A DNA stretch of 64,000 nt from a virus (IMGVR_UViG_3300028534_000024:1-64000); one strand, 5' to 3'. Shown: positions 37,408 to 48,713, numbered from the stretch's first letter. Numbers and translations are program-made. The notes: generated by a model not told the origin, from the letters alone.

Positions 37408-38112
37408 ATCCAATTGAATCTTCTGTATCGCATCTGTTGCATTTATCATAATACCATTTTCTTTATATGCAAATGATGTAACAAATGATGTCTTAAACAA
37501 TACTGCCTCTAGTATGTTCAATGCGAACAATGACATTACTATTGATTTCTTATGTTCATTTTCATTATATTTCTCTGGTTCAATATGTCTAAGATTATAT
37601 CTTGCATTATGTATAATAGTATCTTCAAATGTATCAATAATATCTTTAGCTCTTTTTAGAATATTGTCATTAATAATTATATCATCAAATATCTCAACAA
37701 TATCAGTTGGCATAGCTTTAAGTATTTCTGCATAAGTTGGACTATGAATTGATGTTTCGAAGAATTGGTGGGTACTCCACCACAGCTCAAGTTGAGGATT
37801 TGTAGTTACTGGAGAGAATACCTCAGCGACTGCTCTTCCAGCTATTGAGTCAAGAAGTGTTTGGAATTTAAAGTTTTTAAGATATAAGTTCCTAAGTTCG
37901 GGAGTCATCTTCATAAAATCTTTTGCATCTTTCTTGTAAGGAAAATCCCCTTTGAACCACATCAGTCCTTGTGCATTGTCTGTTAGTTTTTGAATTCCTT
38001 GTTCGATATTTAAATCGTTCCTTGCTACATTCCTACCAGAGCCTAAGAATAAAGGCTCATTTGTGAAATCTATGTTGTTTGGGTTAAATAAATTATGTAC
38101 TTCTGTTGTCAT
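37408..38112 (-). CDS. nrdB: Ribonucleotide reductase beta subunit, exon 1
   Basis: QTLLDSIAGR, FETSIHSPTY and LNILEAVLFKTSF class Ia R2 motifs. Confidence 0.9.
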
Positions 38113-38140
38113 GTGTATCCTTTTATATTTTATTAGTTAA

Positions 38141-40372
38141 TCAGACTGAACATCCACCACCAACACATCCTTGTTCACTTGTGTCGTCGGCATCTTCTAC
38201 TTTTGTATTCTGATAATATCTTGCTTTAGCACCATAGTATTTAGCGAAGAATAAATCTGATATAATATTAGATGCATATACTTTACCATTATTATCTGGT
38301 GTATAGAAAGTATTCATAGATATTCCTTTATCTATCCACTTTTGCGTTATTGCTACATGTTTAATGAAATCTTTATTTATATCTCTATCATAAGCAAAGT
38401 CATAATATTGAGCCAGTTCAAGTGCTTTAGGTGCATACTGTTTTAAATTAACTCCTGATTTATCTTTAATTGTGAGCAAATCTTTAATAGGTTCTAATGA
38501 GGTTGTTTGATTAGATGGTACGGATGAACTTTCCGATGGTGGAATACAAGATAGTCCACAGTTAGCTGCTCCGTGTTTTATTAATTCCCCTCTTAAATAT
38601 TCCCAATCTAAATCATATGCTCTATTTACTAATTCATCTACTGTTTTCTTATATCTATCAATAGGTAAGAACTTGTCAATATCTACCTTGCTCCTAAATA
38701 AAGGAGCTTCCCCTACTTCTTTTGCTAATTTAATAGATGCATTTATTAACCCATAAGCAAAATGTTCCATATACTGATCGTGTAGTTCTAATCCTTTTGT
38801 ATGTCCATACCTAACTTTATTTTTAGCTAAGAAATATGCATGATTAGATATACCAATTCCTATATCTCTATATTGTTGTACAAAAGCATTTGCTTGAGGC
38901 ATTGGATGGTTTTGTTTAACAGCTAAATGTGTCTGTAATCTAACCATTAGTTCAGTCATTAATGGTAGCTCTTCTAATGAAACCTCTCCTTGATTAATAT
39001 TACCTAAAACACATACACCTATATCTGGACTATTTGGGCTATTTGGATCTAATGGTTTTGTAGGGTGGAAGACCTCTTGACATATATTACTTTGTGGTAT
39101 AGCTTCCTTATAAGTAGTGTTATAATTAGCTTCATCAATATTTACTAAATAATATGCAGATGTTTCTGTTCCTTCAGTCGCAAATAATTTAAAAAAGTGT
39201 CTTGCATCTACTTCATCTTTTGCTAAACCTTTTTGCTCACATTCTTCGTAGTATCTTATAAACTCTTCTTGATCCTTGGCATAAAATAACTCATTAAGTT
39301 TTGGACAATCTCTTTTAGAGAATAATGATAATTTTTTTCCTTGTTTAGCTCTATCATATACAAATTGATTAACCTTTATACCATAAGATAAGTCATTAAT
39401 TCTGTCCTCAGCAGGCATTCTTGGAGATTTAAGTGCCATAATAGATAATAGTTCAGGATCATAAAAATTAATAAAAGGTGTAGCACTTCCTCTTCTACCG
39501 TTTTGAGAACATTTTCCTATTGTAGTATCTATAGATTTAACAATAGGTAATTTACCTGAATGAGTAATTAATCCATTTTTGACTTTATCTCCTACTGATG
39601 CAACATCAGCTATATCTACACCACACCCTGCAGATTCAACTGTATGAAGTACCAACGCCTTATCTACTTCGTGCCACGATGGTATATTATCACCTAATCT
39701 TAAAAGAATACAAGACGCATAAGCTGTAGAGTTTGTTCTTAATGCTCTCATCTCAGGCGATGGAAGAGTAACCTTAAATGTAGATAAGGCTTCATAAAGT
39801 GTTTCAATCCAAAACATTCTATTCATATGATAGTCTTTAAATGCATCCATAGCAATTAACATATAAATAAATTGTGGTGTTTCTGTTGGTTTCATATCTT
39901 TTATTATTCCATAATTTTCACATACATATTGAATACCTGAGTATGTAAAATTAAAATCTCTACTATGTTGTATTTTAGAATTAAGTTTATCTAATTCCTC
40001 ATCACTAAAGAAAGCCTTAACAAAGGAGTAACTTATTTCTTTATTTTCTTGTAGCTCTATAAACTCTTTAATATGCGGAGGTTCAATACTATTAAAAATA
40101 TTTTTATATAGTTTTTGGATGTATAGGTTTTTAGCTACTGCGTCATACCCAATATTTTTCAATGATGACATATCATTGCATGTCTTAATAAATGTATCAT
40201 GAATAAAATCAGTAGAAATACCATCGAATAGGTGTAATTTGGCCCTCATCATAATATCTGATACTGATACATTTGGAATACCCTCTGTTGCCCATTGAAG
40301 CGATTTAATTGCTTTATCTAAATCTAATGGCTCTAATGTACCATCTCGTTTCCTTACTTTATAGTTCTGCAT
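38141..40372 (-). CDS. nrdA: Ribonucleotide reductase alpha subunit (class Ia, with ATP cone)
   Basis: VRKRDG ATP cone, SCIL, SNICQE, VCVLGNIN and C-terminal CVGGGC. Confidence 0.93.
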   Translation of the reverse strand: MQNYKVRKRDGTLEPLDLDKAIKSLQWATEGIPNVSVSDIMMRAKLHLFDGISTDFIHDTFIKTCNDMSSLKNIGYDAVAKNLYIQKLYKNIFNSIEPPHIKEFIELQENKEISYSFVKAFFSDEELDKLNSKIQHSRDFNFTYSGIQYVCENYGIIKDMKPTETPQFIYMLIAMDAFKDYHMNRMFWIETLYEALSTFKVTLPSPEMRALRTNSTAYASCILLRLGDNIPSWHEVDKALVLHTVESAGCGVDIADVASVGDKVKNGLITHSGKLPIVKSIDTTIGKCSQNGRRGSATPFINFYDPELLSIMALKSPRMPAEDRINDLSYGIKVNQFVYDRAKQGKKLSLFSKRDCPKLNELFYAKDQEEFIRYYEECEQKGLAKDEVDARHFFKLFATEGTETSAYYLVNIDEANYNTTYKEAIPQSNICQEVFHPTKPLDPNSPNSPDIGVCVLGNINQGEVSLEELPLMTELMVRLQTHLAVKQNHPMPQANAFVQQYRDIGIGISNHAYFLAKNKVRYGHTKGLELHDQYMEHFAYGLINASIKLAKEVGEAPLFRSKVDIDKFLPIDRYKKTVDELVNRAYDLDWEYLRGELIKHGAANCGLSCIPPSESSSVPSNQTTSLEPIKDLLTIKDKSGVNLKQYAPKALELAQYYDFAYDRDINKDFIKHVAITQKWIDKGISMNTFYTPDNNGKVYASNIISDLFFAKYYGAKARYYQNTKVEDADDTSEQGCVGGGCSV

Positions 40373-40388
40373 TCGTATCCTTTCTTTG

Positions 40389-41264
40389 CTATTTAAGTTC
40401 TTTTATAAAATCAATATTAAGATAAATCTGTTCAAGCGTTTCCTGTGTAAACTTAGGGGATTTATCTTGTTTAGTTAATACAAGTGTTCTATCATCACAC
40501 ACTTGTAAAATATCAGTTAAATTATCTACACTCTCTGCTTTAAATGTTGGTACAAGTCTTATATAATTAAAATTATGTTTCTCTAATTGTAGATCCAATA
40601 AGAACCATCTTTTAGAAAATATAATATCATCTATATACATATCTGATATGTATATTAAATCATCTTTTAAATACCCAGTTAGCCAACTATTTAATGGTAT
40701 CTCTAGTTGTTGTAGTTCATCCTCAATGTGTTCTTTGATGTGTATTCTCTTACCTTCTAATGTTGTCACTATTGTCAATCCGAAGTCATTATATATATTA
40801 ATTCTTTGTGTATTTGATGGAAGTAATTGTACATAACAAGGGAATGATGGAAACCCATAATCTATTGGGTACTCATTCCTTATAGTAAAGGATTTATAGT
40901 CTAAGAAATAAATATCTTTAATAGTTATCAGTAGTGATCTGTTAAGAATAACTGAGTAAGCCTTCTGAGATGGACTATCAAGACTCCTCACGTAACTTAG
41001 AAGCTCATCTTCATAGGTTTTATCTACTTCAAATTTAAATAGCTTTCTTCTAAACATAGGAAAAGTATCAATGGTTGGTATAGTAGGCTCTGACTTAAGG
41101 ATTACATTGAATCTTTCTGATAACTTAAATCTATACTCAGGAGATGTTGCTAATATTAATAACTGTACAAATAATGTGTCATTTTTATTCTTTTGTATGA
41201 ATTTTATTTGTTTGTTTTTTGTATCCAATTCTGATAATTTTAATAATTTTATATGTGGTTGCAT
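40389..41264 (-). CDS. Degenerate ATP-dependent ligase paralog (no KxDG)
   Basis: PCYVQLLP, WLTGYL, FSKRW and IRLVPTFKAESVDNL align by eye with the intact ligase at 34616. Confidence 0.6.
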   Translation of the reverse strand: MQPHIKLLKLSELDTKNKQIKFIQKNKNDTLFVQLLILATSPEYRFKLSERFNVILKSEPTIPTIDTFPMFRRKLFKFEVDKTYEDELLSYVRSLDSPSQKAYSVILNRSLLITIKDIYFLDYKSFTIRNEYPIDYGFPSFPCYVQLLPSNTQRINIYNDFGLTIVTTLEGKRIHIKEHIEDELQQLEIPLNSWLTGYLKDDLIYISDMYIDDIIFSKRWFLLDLQLEKHNFNYIRLVPTFKAESVDNLTDILQVCDDRTLVLTKQDKSPKFTQETLEQIYLNIDFIKELK

Positions 41265-41284
41265 TTATCCTCCTATTGATATAT

Positions 41285-42589
41285 TTATGGTACCTTCTCT
41301 ACATTATCAAGTTCCTCTAGAATATCACTTATTTTACTTGATTTATAATTACCCCATTTAGGTATATAATTAATAAATAAAGGTTCTGGCTTATTATCAA
41401 ACTTAGTTTTTAATCTACCTACTAATTGATCCACATTCTCTTTAGAACCTAAAGCCATCATATTAATTACTAATGATAGCCTTGGGATTGATACACCTTT
41501 TAACATTACATTAAGTCCTGTAAATATTTGTATTTTGCCATCTTTTACTTTTTGGATATTCTCGTCTTGTACCTTTTTATTCCTTGCTTCACTATTAAAA
41601 ACGCAAGTAGTGTAGCCTAATGTTTCAAATAAATTAGCATAATGGTTCTGTACTTTCTGCGATGGTGTAGCTAACATAATAGTTCTATCAGAATACTTTG
41701 ATACTAAATTAATTATGTCATTGACAACTTCTTTCTGTAGAAAATACTTATTATAACTAGCTGATGGATTAAAAGTACTAGGTTTATAACTTAAAGGAGC
41801 TTGATGATTATACCACTTAACTGTCATATCATTTGGATTATATCCTACTACCTTAATTTCTCCGAATAAATCAAATAATACATTTGTTAGACCATCTGAT
41901 GATCTACTAGGAGTTGCTGTTAATCCTAGCCTATACCTTGATGGAAAAGATTGAATAATTCTCTTATATGTATTAGCAGCTGATACATGAAGCTCATCTA
42001 CAATAACTAATCCATACTTTAACTTGATTTGTTTTGTAATATCGGGATTTTTATTTAAAAACTGAAAGGTTGTGATTGTTATATCATAATCATTTAAATC
42101 CTTATCTAGTATTCCTATATTTGCATTTGTAAATGTTTTAATATCTGATATAAATTGATTAACAAGCAAAGTTTTATCGACTAATATAAGCGTTTTTTGT
42201 TTTAATTTTTGTATAACAGCTGTGGCACATATACTTTTACCAAATCTAGTCTTAGCTTGTGCAAGACAGTTAATATCATTTTTAAATACATCTAAAATTA
42301 AGTTTACAAAAGGAACTTGATAGTCATATAAAGCAATCCCATTATTGAAATTAAATGATGTACTTTCGTTTGTTATTAGATTATACTTTAAGGATATATT
42401 TGGAAATATGCTTTTAAATTTATCAATGTTTCTAGGAAACCAATATTCATTATTTGTAGTATAATAATTATGTACTACCTCCTCACCATCATAGGTTATT
42501 TTATTGTACATATAGTGTTTAAGGTGGGTATTAGATACATATTTTTTAGGTATCTTAATGGTACCACCGACTACTGCTTCATGTTTCAT
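41285..42589 (-). CDS. Superfamily 2 helicase (UvsW/T5 D10-like)
   Basis: AKTRFGKS, VDELH, GLTATP and QLVGRL motifs. Confidence 0.88.
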   Translation of the reverse strand: MKHEAVVGGTIKIPKKYVSNTHLKHYMYNKITYDGEEVVHNYYTTNNEYWFPRNIDKFKSIFPNISLKYNLITNESTSFNFNNGIALYDYQVPFVNLILDVFKNDINCLAQAKTRFGKSICATAVIQKLKQKTLILVDKTLLVNQFISDIKTFTNANIGILDKDLNDYDITITTFQFLNKNPDITKQIKLKYGLVIVDELHVSAANTYKRIIQSFPSRYRLGLTATPSRSSDGLTNVLFDLFGEIKVVGYNPNDMTVKWYNHQAPLSYKPSTFNPSASYNKYFLQKEVVNDIINLVSKYSDRTIMLATPSQKVQNHYANLFETLGYTTCVFNSEARNKKVQDENIQKVKDGKIQIFTGLNVMLKGVSIPRLSLVINMMALGSKENVDQLVGRLKTKFDNKPEPLFINYIPKWGNYKSSKISDILEELDNVEKVP

Positions 42590-43175
42590 AAAGAATCCTT
42601 AAAATATCTTGGATTCCATCGTAAGAGGATGCTAAAAATAATCCATCAATAGATTTAAATATTCTATTCCAGTTATACATATTTTCGTAGTTAAAAAGAA
42701 TAGCTATTCCTCCATTAGCTACAAACATAAGACAACTTTCAAGTTTATCATCGATAAGTATATTAGGTTTGCCATTATCATTTATTGCAAAGTCATATTT
42801 ATAATATGTATGGATAACATTTGAAATACCATAATATTTATAAATATGTTGATCCTTGAATGTTTTTGTTTTTTCGTCTTTAGTCGATGTCAAGATGGTC
42901 GTATTGTACAACCTAGAAACCTCATCAAAGAAGTCTATCGAACCTTGAATAGGTTTTACTTCGTAGTTACCTGAAGTATAAGGTAAATTTTTCTTAAAGT
43001 ATTCAGTTACCTCATATTGAGTATTAAGTTCTTGGAAAAACTCCCATCTATTTATATCCTCAAACTTATAATTAGTATTATATGTACCATTAACCCATTT
43101 TATCCACTTAAAAGGTAAATCATTGAGGGTAGCATCATAATCAATGTATAAGTTCATATCTTTATTGTTCTTCAT
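42579..43175 (-). CDS. 5'(3')-deoxyribonucleotidase (HAD family)
   Basis: IDYDATL motif I and LIDD motif. Confidence 0.8.
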   Translation of the reverse strand: MKNNKDMNLYIDYDATLNDLPFKWIKWVNGTYNTNYKFEDINRWEFFQELNTQYEVTEYFKKNLPYTSGNYEVKPIQGSIDFFDEVSRLYNTTILTSTKDEKTKTFKDQHIYKYYGISNVIHTYYKYDFAINDNGKPNILIDDKLESCLMFVANGGIAILFNYENMYNWNRIFKSIDGLFLASSYDGIQDILRILYET

Positions 43176-43185
43176 TTATTTCCTT

Positions 43186-43521
43186 TTATTTCAAACTTAG
43201 GAGTTGTATCATAAATACATCTATGTTTCCTAAAAGTTGCCATTTTATATTTTTATTGTTAGCTCTAGGATGATGATAGTATAATCTATGAATATAAGTA
43301 CAAACTAAATCGTACCTCTTAATAGATAAATAGTAGGAGATAGATAAAATCAAATCATCCATATATTGATATGTACTATTTGATTCATCTTTATTTTTAC
43401 ATTTAAGTAAATCATATATTCTACCAATTAAATCATATTTTAAATCATAATCTTTTATATCCATAAGTATGTCTGCATAAATTGATAGCCGTACCTGTTT
43501 AGTTTTACTTAAATTATCCAT
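43186..43521 (-). CDS. Hypothetical protein
   Basis: ORF with AAGGA RBS. Confidence 0.6.
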   Translation of the reverse strand: MDNLSKTKQVRLSIYADILMDIKDYDLKYDLIGRIYDLLKCKNKDESNSTYQYMDDLILSISYYLSIKRYDLVCTYIHRLYYHHPRANNKNIKWQLLGNIDVFMIQLLSLK

Positions 43522-43546
43522 CTCTATCCTTTTTGTATTAAGAAAG

Positions 43547-43909
43547 TTAGCTACTTTTAGGTATGTCTGGGTTATACATATCTAAAAAGTTAAATGTTTC
43601 ATCACCTTTATGTGGATATAGGTTATTTTGACGATATTGAGATGTTCTTAAAATAGATATTAAAAGATCGTCTTCTATTGTATTTAAACTCCCTCCTCTA
43701 TATCTAGCTATTAAATCATTGGTAAAATTGAAAATAAGTATATTATTTATCATAGTATTCTTACTATTTTCAGTTAAAGTGTTAAATACCTCATCTTCTT
43801 TACTTAAAAGTTTATATGCTAATTTAAATAACATATCATAGTTGATTTTATTTTCTAGTTCTGGGCATCTTAATCTAACATTACTCTTAAAATTTTTATA
43901 ATCTAACAT
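43547..43909 (-). CDS. Hypothetical protein
   Basis: ORF with AAGGA RBS. Confidence 0.6.
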   Translation of the reverse strand: MLDYKNFKSNVRLRCPELENKINYDMLFKLAYKLLSKEDEVFNTLTENSKNTMINNILIFNFTNDLIARYRGGSLNTIEDDLLISILRTSQYRQNNLYPHKGDETFNFLDMYNPDIPKSS

Positions 43910-43968
43910 TTTTTTCCTTTTATATTATGTGTATTATATCATATAATTACTTATAAGTTACTTAGTTG

Positions 43969-44451
43969 CTATCTTGTAATTTGTAGAAAATCATCTATTA
44001 GGTCTGATGCTAATGGATAATTTCTTTTAAATAAAGAAGTAGCATATATATCTGAACATATTATTGTAGTATTACCATTTGCTTTATTTAATTTAATGAG
44101 GTTTGATAATACTTTATCTGAATAATTTGTAGAGTTAGCTAATTCTTCACCTACATCATAAATATACAATACATTACTTTTAACTGTACCATTTCCACCA
44201 TCAAAGACAGCCGAGAAGTATTTAGGATAGTCAATACCATATATATCACTAGGGCTTTTTGTTTCATCCTCTATAAGCCTATCTAAAATGGCCCCTTTAT
44301 CTCCATGTAGAAACACTGTCTTATTTCCTTCACTCAATTCTATAGCCAACCTATTAAATTTAGCTGGAGAATATAAATGTAAATCCTCCCATTTAGTATC
44401 TATAAGCGTCAATGGGATATTTTTTAATTGTAGTACTTGTTTATTATCCAT
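43969..44451 (-). CDS. Degenerate DnaC/IstB-like P-loop protein
   Basis: VFLHGDKG (eroded Walker A), LYIYDVG (Walker B-like), TIICS. Confidence 0.45.
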   Translation of the reverse strand: MDNKQVLQLKNIPLTLIDTKWEDLHLYSPAKFNRLAIELSEGNKTVFLHGDKGAILDRLIEDETKSPSDIYGIDYPKYFSAVFDGGNGTVKSNVLYIYDVGEELANSTNYSDKVLSNLIKLNKANGNTTIICSDIYATSLFKRNYPLASDLIDDFLQITR

Positions 44452-44508
44452 TTTCTTCCTTGTATTTATATATTCTATTATATAGGTATAATATCATGAA
44501 TCTCTATA

Positions 44509-44797
44509 TAAATAAACCTATATAGTTATCTTATAAAGTAAGGACTATCGTCCTATATATTGGGAACCTTTCGGTTCAGACTGATATTATACCATAAAAG
44601 TTATGTTTTGTCAAGTCTTTTTTGAAATTTATATAATATTTTTCAGGAAACTTTTGTAGCAAAAGAAAATTGAAATTAATTTATATTACTATATAAAGTT
44701 TCCTGACAAGATACACCATTTAAAGCAACAGAATGGTACTTTAAAAGGCTTTTCTTTTAGTTTAGGTATCGTAGGTTATCTAAGATGTAAAACCTTT
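44509..44797 (-). repeat. ~290-bp dispersed repeat, copy C
   Basis: Direct repeat of 34310-34600 with a few substitutions. Confidence 0.95.
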
Positions 44798-44806
44798 TAA
44801 ATCATC

Positions 44807-45025
44807 TTATACTTCAATATAATATACTTCATCTTTTATTAACTTTTTAAAATCTTCATATTCATCATAGGTATCATCCATTTGCTCTAACAGATATCCT
44901 AAGTTATATCGAGCTGTACCATCTAAGTCATTTACCATTATAGGCGATGTATTCCGTAGTAAATCTAGTGCTTTCCTAGATAATACTTGATTAATTACTG
45001 CTAGTTTTACTATTATGTATTTCAT
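44807..45025 (-). CDS. Hypothetical protein
   Basis: Coupled to the polA stop, AAGGA RBS. Confidence 0.6.
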   Translation of the reverse strand: MKYIIVKLAVINQVLSRKALDLLRNTSPIMVNDLDGTARYNLGYLLEQMDDTYDEYEDFKKLIKDEVYYIEV

Positions 45026-45931
45026 TATTTATCCTTTTTAAAGTCTTCTTCTAATTTATTTAAGAAATCTTTTATTTCACCCAAACTTGCATTATTTGCT
45101 AAAGTTTCTTGTTGTTTCCATGAAAAACCAAAATCAAGTTCAGCTTTATTATGTACTAATTGATCTTCTTTATAGTCTTTTATCATTTCTGATATAACTA
45201 TTTCGTTAGCTTTTTGTACTATTATAGGATCGTTCTTAACTTGAAGATATACAGCATCGTGTATAGTTAAGAATATATACATATTATCCTCTAAGTTTTC
45301 ATCTTCAATTCTTTTTTGAATCCTATTAATAGCTTTCATCATAAGTTGTCCTGATAATCCTTGAATTAATGCATTACAATAAGATCTTTCAGCTTTTTCT
45401 ACTGATATCTGTTCCTCACCTAGTAATTCATGACATCTTATTATTAATCCATGAGGTGTTCTTCCTACTCCTTTATTATCTCTAGCTTCTTTCAGATACT
45501 TGTCATAGTATTTTTGTACACCACTATAAAGTTTGTGGTAATTATCTACAATAATCTTAGCCTCATCTAAAGAAATATTTAAAGAATTTGCTACAGAATG
45601 TTCAGTTGCTCCGTAAGCAAGTCCAAAAGTTACGGCTTTAGACAACTGTCTTAAATCTGGAGCTTCTTCTTTAATTATAAAGGATTCCTCAACTGTTATA
45701 GTATTACCGTAAGGTAATCCTCTTTCCTTTAATTCATCAGCAAAGTAGCTGGCTGTATTAAAAGAATGCGAGTCATGTCCTTCAAGGATTACTTTACATT
45801 TTGCATCATCTCTTGTTTCTTCCGCACCTACTCTATCCTCCAAAGCATTAAAATCAGCTCCCGCAAATAGGTAATTATCTTCAGCAATACAAACGTTTTT
45901 AATAAGTTTAGCATAGGTTGAACCTGAAGGC
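45025..45931 (-). CDS. polA: Family A DNA polymerase, exon 2 (motifs A, B, C)
   Basis: PSGSTYAKLIK..GADFNALEDR, RQLSKAVTFGLAYG, TIHDAVY; reading frame is open upstream of the track start to 45931. Confidence 0.9.
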
Positions 45932-46802
45932 CAGGGTGTTATACAAGCGTGTAGTGATATAACAACCTATACTATATTATAAGGTCTATCTATTACTTTA
46001 TATTTATCTAAAAGATAATTAACATGTAATGCTGCCTCTTTTTCGGTATTAAACCGTTTCTGTCCTATAGTTTTATTATTGAGTCTTAGTGATCCTATCC
46101 ATTTCTGTCTACTCTTATCATAGCTAACATTATGATAGTTTGAGGATTTACCAATCTTTAATCCCAAAGTAGGTAAATTATACTCCTTAAGTCCTGTTGT
46201 TAAGGCATGTATTTTATTTTCACTGGATGTACACCATTCTAAATTATCTAGTCTATTATTTAATTTATTCCCATCTTTATGATTGACTTCTAATTGTTCA
46301 CTATTATCTACTGGATTAAATGTTAACATAACTAATCTATGAACTAAATAATTTTTATTCCTAATTGAGACATCTAAATAACCACTATTTAATAAATGTG
46401 GTCGTAGGTACGGTACTTGTATCCCTTTAATTCTACCATAAGTTGATATTAAATATCTAGTATCAATAGGGCATTCTTTCCATTGTTCAATAATATCCTC
46501 CTTTAATTTTTATTTAATTGCTTGTATCACTCACAGTCTCCTATGAGATCGGACTATATCTTCACCCTTAAATAAGGGGATCACCACTTCGACGTCACTA
46601 CTCGTCTACTCCTAAAAGGATAGTCTCTGAACCTTTACCTTATCTCGCACTTAGGTACTTGGCTGCTGATTGTCTCTATTATATGTATTTTTAGGGGCCG
46701 TTAAGTCATTTCTGCTTAATATCCTAACATATACCTAACAAGATGTTCCAGCAATTCGATGATTTTACTATATCATATTGCTATGATATGACCCACCATT
46801 CT
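45932..46802 (-). mobile_element. Group I intron in the DNA polymerase gene
   Basis: P1 ACCU/GGGU, P10 GAAUGGU with exon GCCUUC, core elements GAATTGCTGGAA, AATCAGCAG, TTCAGAGACT, GAAGATATAGTCC; splicing restores NLQNL-PSG. Confidence 0.9.
45967..46491 (-). CDS. Intron-encoded NUMOD4-HNH-AP2-like endonuclease, predicted ATT start (174 aa)
   Basis: Frame open from an in-frame TAA through EQWKEC..YLISTYGRIK into VNHKDGNKLNNRLDNLEW; AAGGAGG lies 5 nt before ATT. Confidence 0.8.
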   Translation of the reverse strand: MEQWKECPIDTRYLISTYGRIKGIQVPYLRPHLLNSGYLDVSIRNKNYLVHRLVMLTFNPVDNSEQLEVNHKDGNKLNNRLDNLEWCTSSENKIHALTTGLKEYNLPTLGLKIGKSSNYHNVSYDKSRQKWIGSLRLNNKTIGQKRFNTEKEAALHVNYLLDKYKVIDRPYNIV

Positions 46803-48463
46803 AGGTTTTGTAAGTTTGGATTTGAACTACTAAGTCTTCCAGACACTGTACCATGAAGTTTAAAGTCTCCATGTACTCTATATATGCCTTTATCATCTTG
46901 AACAGAAAGTTCATCAAATGCTTTTAAGAATGTACCTGCTACTTTAGACGCATCAGTTATATCTTGAAGTAGTTTTAATATTCTTAATTTATGTTCGTCT
47001 TGTTCCTGTTCCCTATATTGTTTCATGACATCTTTACCTACTGATGGATTACCAGTTTTCTTAGATGTTTCAAGAACAGGATAACCTAAAGTATCAATAA
47101 GAAGCATCACTTTATGGTTCGTAGAGTTAGGATTAAATTCTACATCAAAATCATCCACTGTTTTCTGTTTAACATGTGATGAGTTATATTTAAACATAGC
47201 ATTATATTTTAAATCAGTTACTACTTCTTTAATCTCATCAAAACTTCTTAACTCTTCAAGTGACTTTTCTATCAGACTATTAAGTTCCTCTTGTGCTTCT
47301 GTAAGTTTCTCTTTATCAATTATAAGTCCTTGATACTTCATCTTAATAAGAGTCTTAAGGGATGGTTTATAATAATTAGTAAAGATATCTAATTGATCTT
47401 CCTCTATTATCTTCTTAGAATACTTATTATACGCTTCAAATGTACCTGTAACATCATACACATTATATGTACCAACATCTTTAAATGAATACTCTAATAA
47501 CCTATCCTGTTTGATATTATTATCATATTCTCCATATATATCAAATAGTTCATCTTTAAGGCCTAAACTGACTCTTTGTAGCCCATTAACACAAAGGTAT
47601 TTTAGGTGCATTACATCAGTGATATTCCAATTATTAACAATATCATTAAGTCTTTTTCGTTCATAAACAGAAACATCCATCAAATCCCTTAATATGAATG
47701 GAACATCAAATATAGCGTTATACCCTAATTGCTCGCCTTTATACATAAGATAGAAATTATATAATTCTTCTCTGATCTCCTCATATTCTGATGAATATTC
47801 TGGACAAGTAGCAAAAGCATATCCTTTAGTTGTACTTGTAGCTAACGCAACTGTGATAATCCTATCTCTTCCTAAAACTAAACCTGTTGTTTCGATATCC
47901 ATAGCTAGTTTAGGTTCTTTAATAAGCCTATCAAGTACATCTCTTGTTTCTTCTAGATTATCTATAAGTTTTACATCAATCTTATCAAGGATATTGACTG
48001 TATCTTTATAAGTACCATTAAGTACACTATCTAAACATTCTACTGATTTATTTAGCTCAGTTAATTTCTGAGGTTGTGAGAATAACATAAAGAAGTTAAG
48101 AACAGGTACTATCTTATATCCATCTAGTTCATTTATACCATCTAAAGCTTTTCCTAAAGATGCCATAAAGTGTTTTGATCCTGTTGCAAACTTAAAGAAA
48201 TCTGGGTTGGTGGTTGCAATAGTAAGCACGCCATTATTCTCAGCTATCTCTTTCAATTCTTTAACATTTTCAGTATAGTGTACTTTTTTATGTTTTCCTG
48301 TTTTCGTGTCCAAGCTTAAAGCATAATATAAAACTGATTGTTTATTACTATCAGAAAGTTTAGCCTGATAATTAATCATAAGTTTGGTAATATTTGAATG
48401 ATTCATCAAATTAGGATTACCAACAATTATAACTTTTGGATTGTTTGATTTATTAATTAACAT
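46803..48463 (-). CDS. polA: Family A DNA polymerase, exon 1 (possible UDG-like N-domain, 3'-5' exonuclease)
   Basis: MDIETTGL, YNAIFD, YNVYDV and GTVSGRLSSSNPNLQN. Confidence 0.92.
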
Positions 48464-48713
48464 TTTTCTCCTTTTACTTTAGTGTTTCTTAGAATCAAAG
48501 TACCAATAATACTGTAATAATGTATTAGCAACAATAGCAATCAATGCTATATGTTCGAATGTACCCCAATTCATTTATTAAACCACAATAGAATAATAAA
48601 TGGAATTATGATACCAATAGTTAAATCTAATAGTATCTCCTTATGGTCTAGTTTATCTTTCTCATCTATCCACTCTATATACCTTAAAAATTCTTTCATA
48701 TTATATCCTTTCT

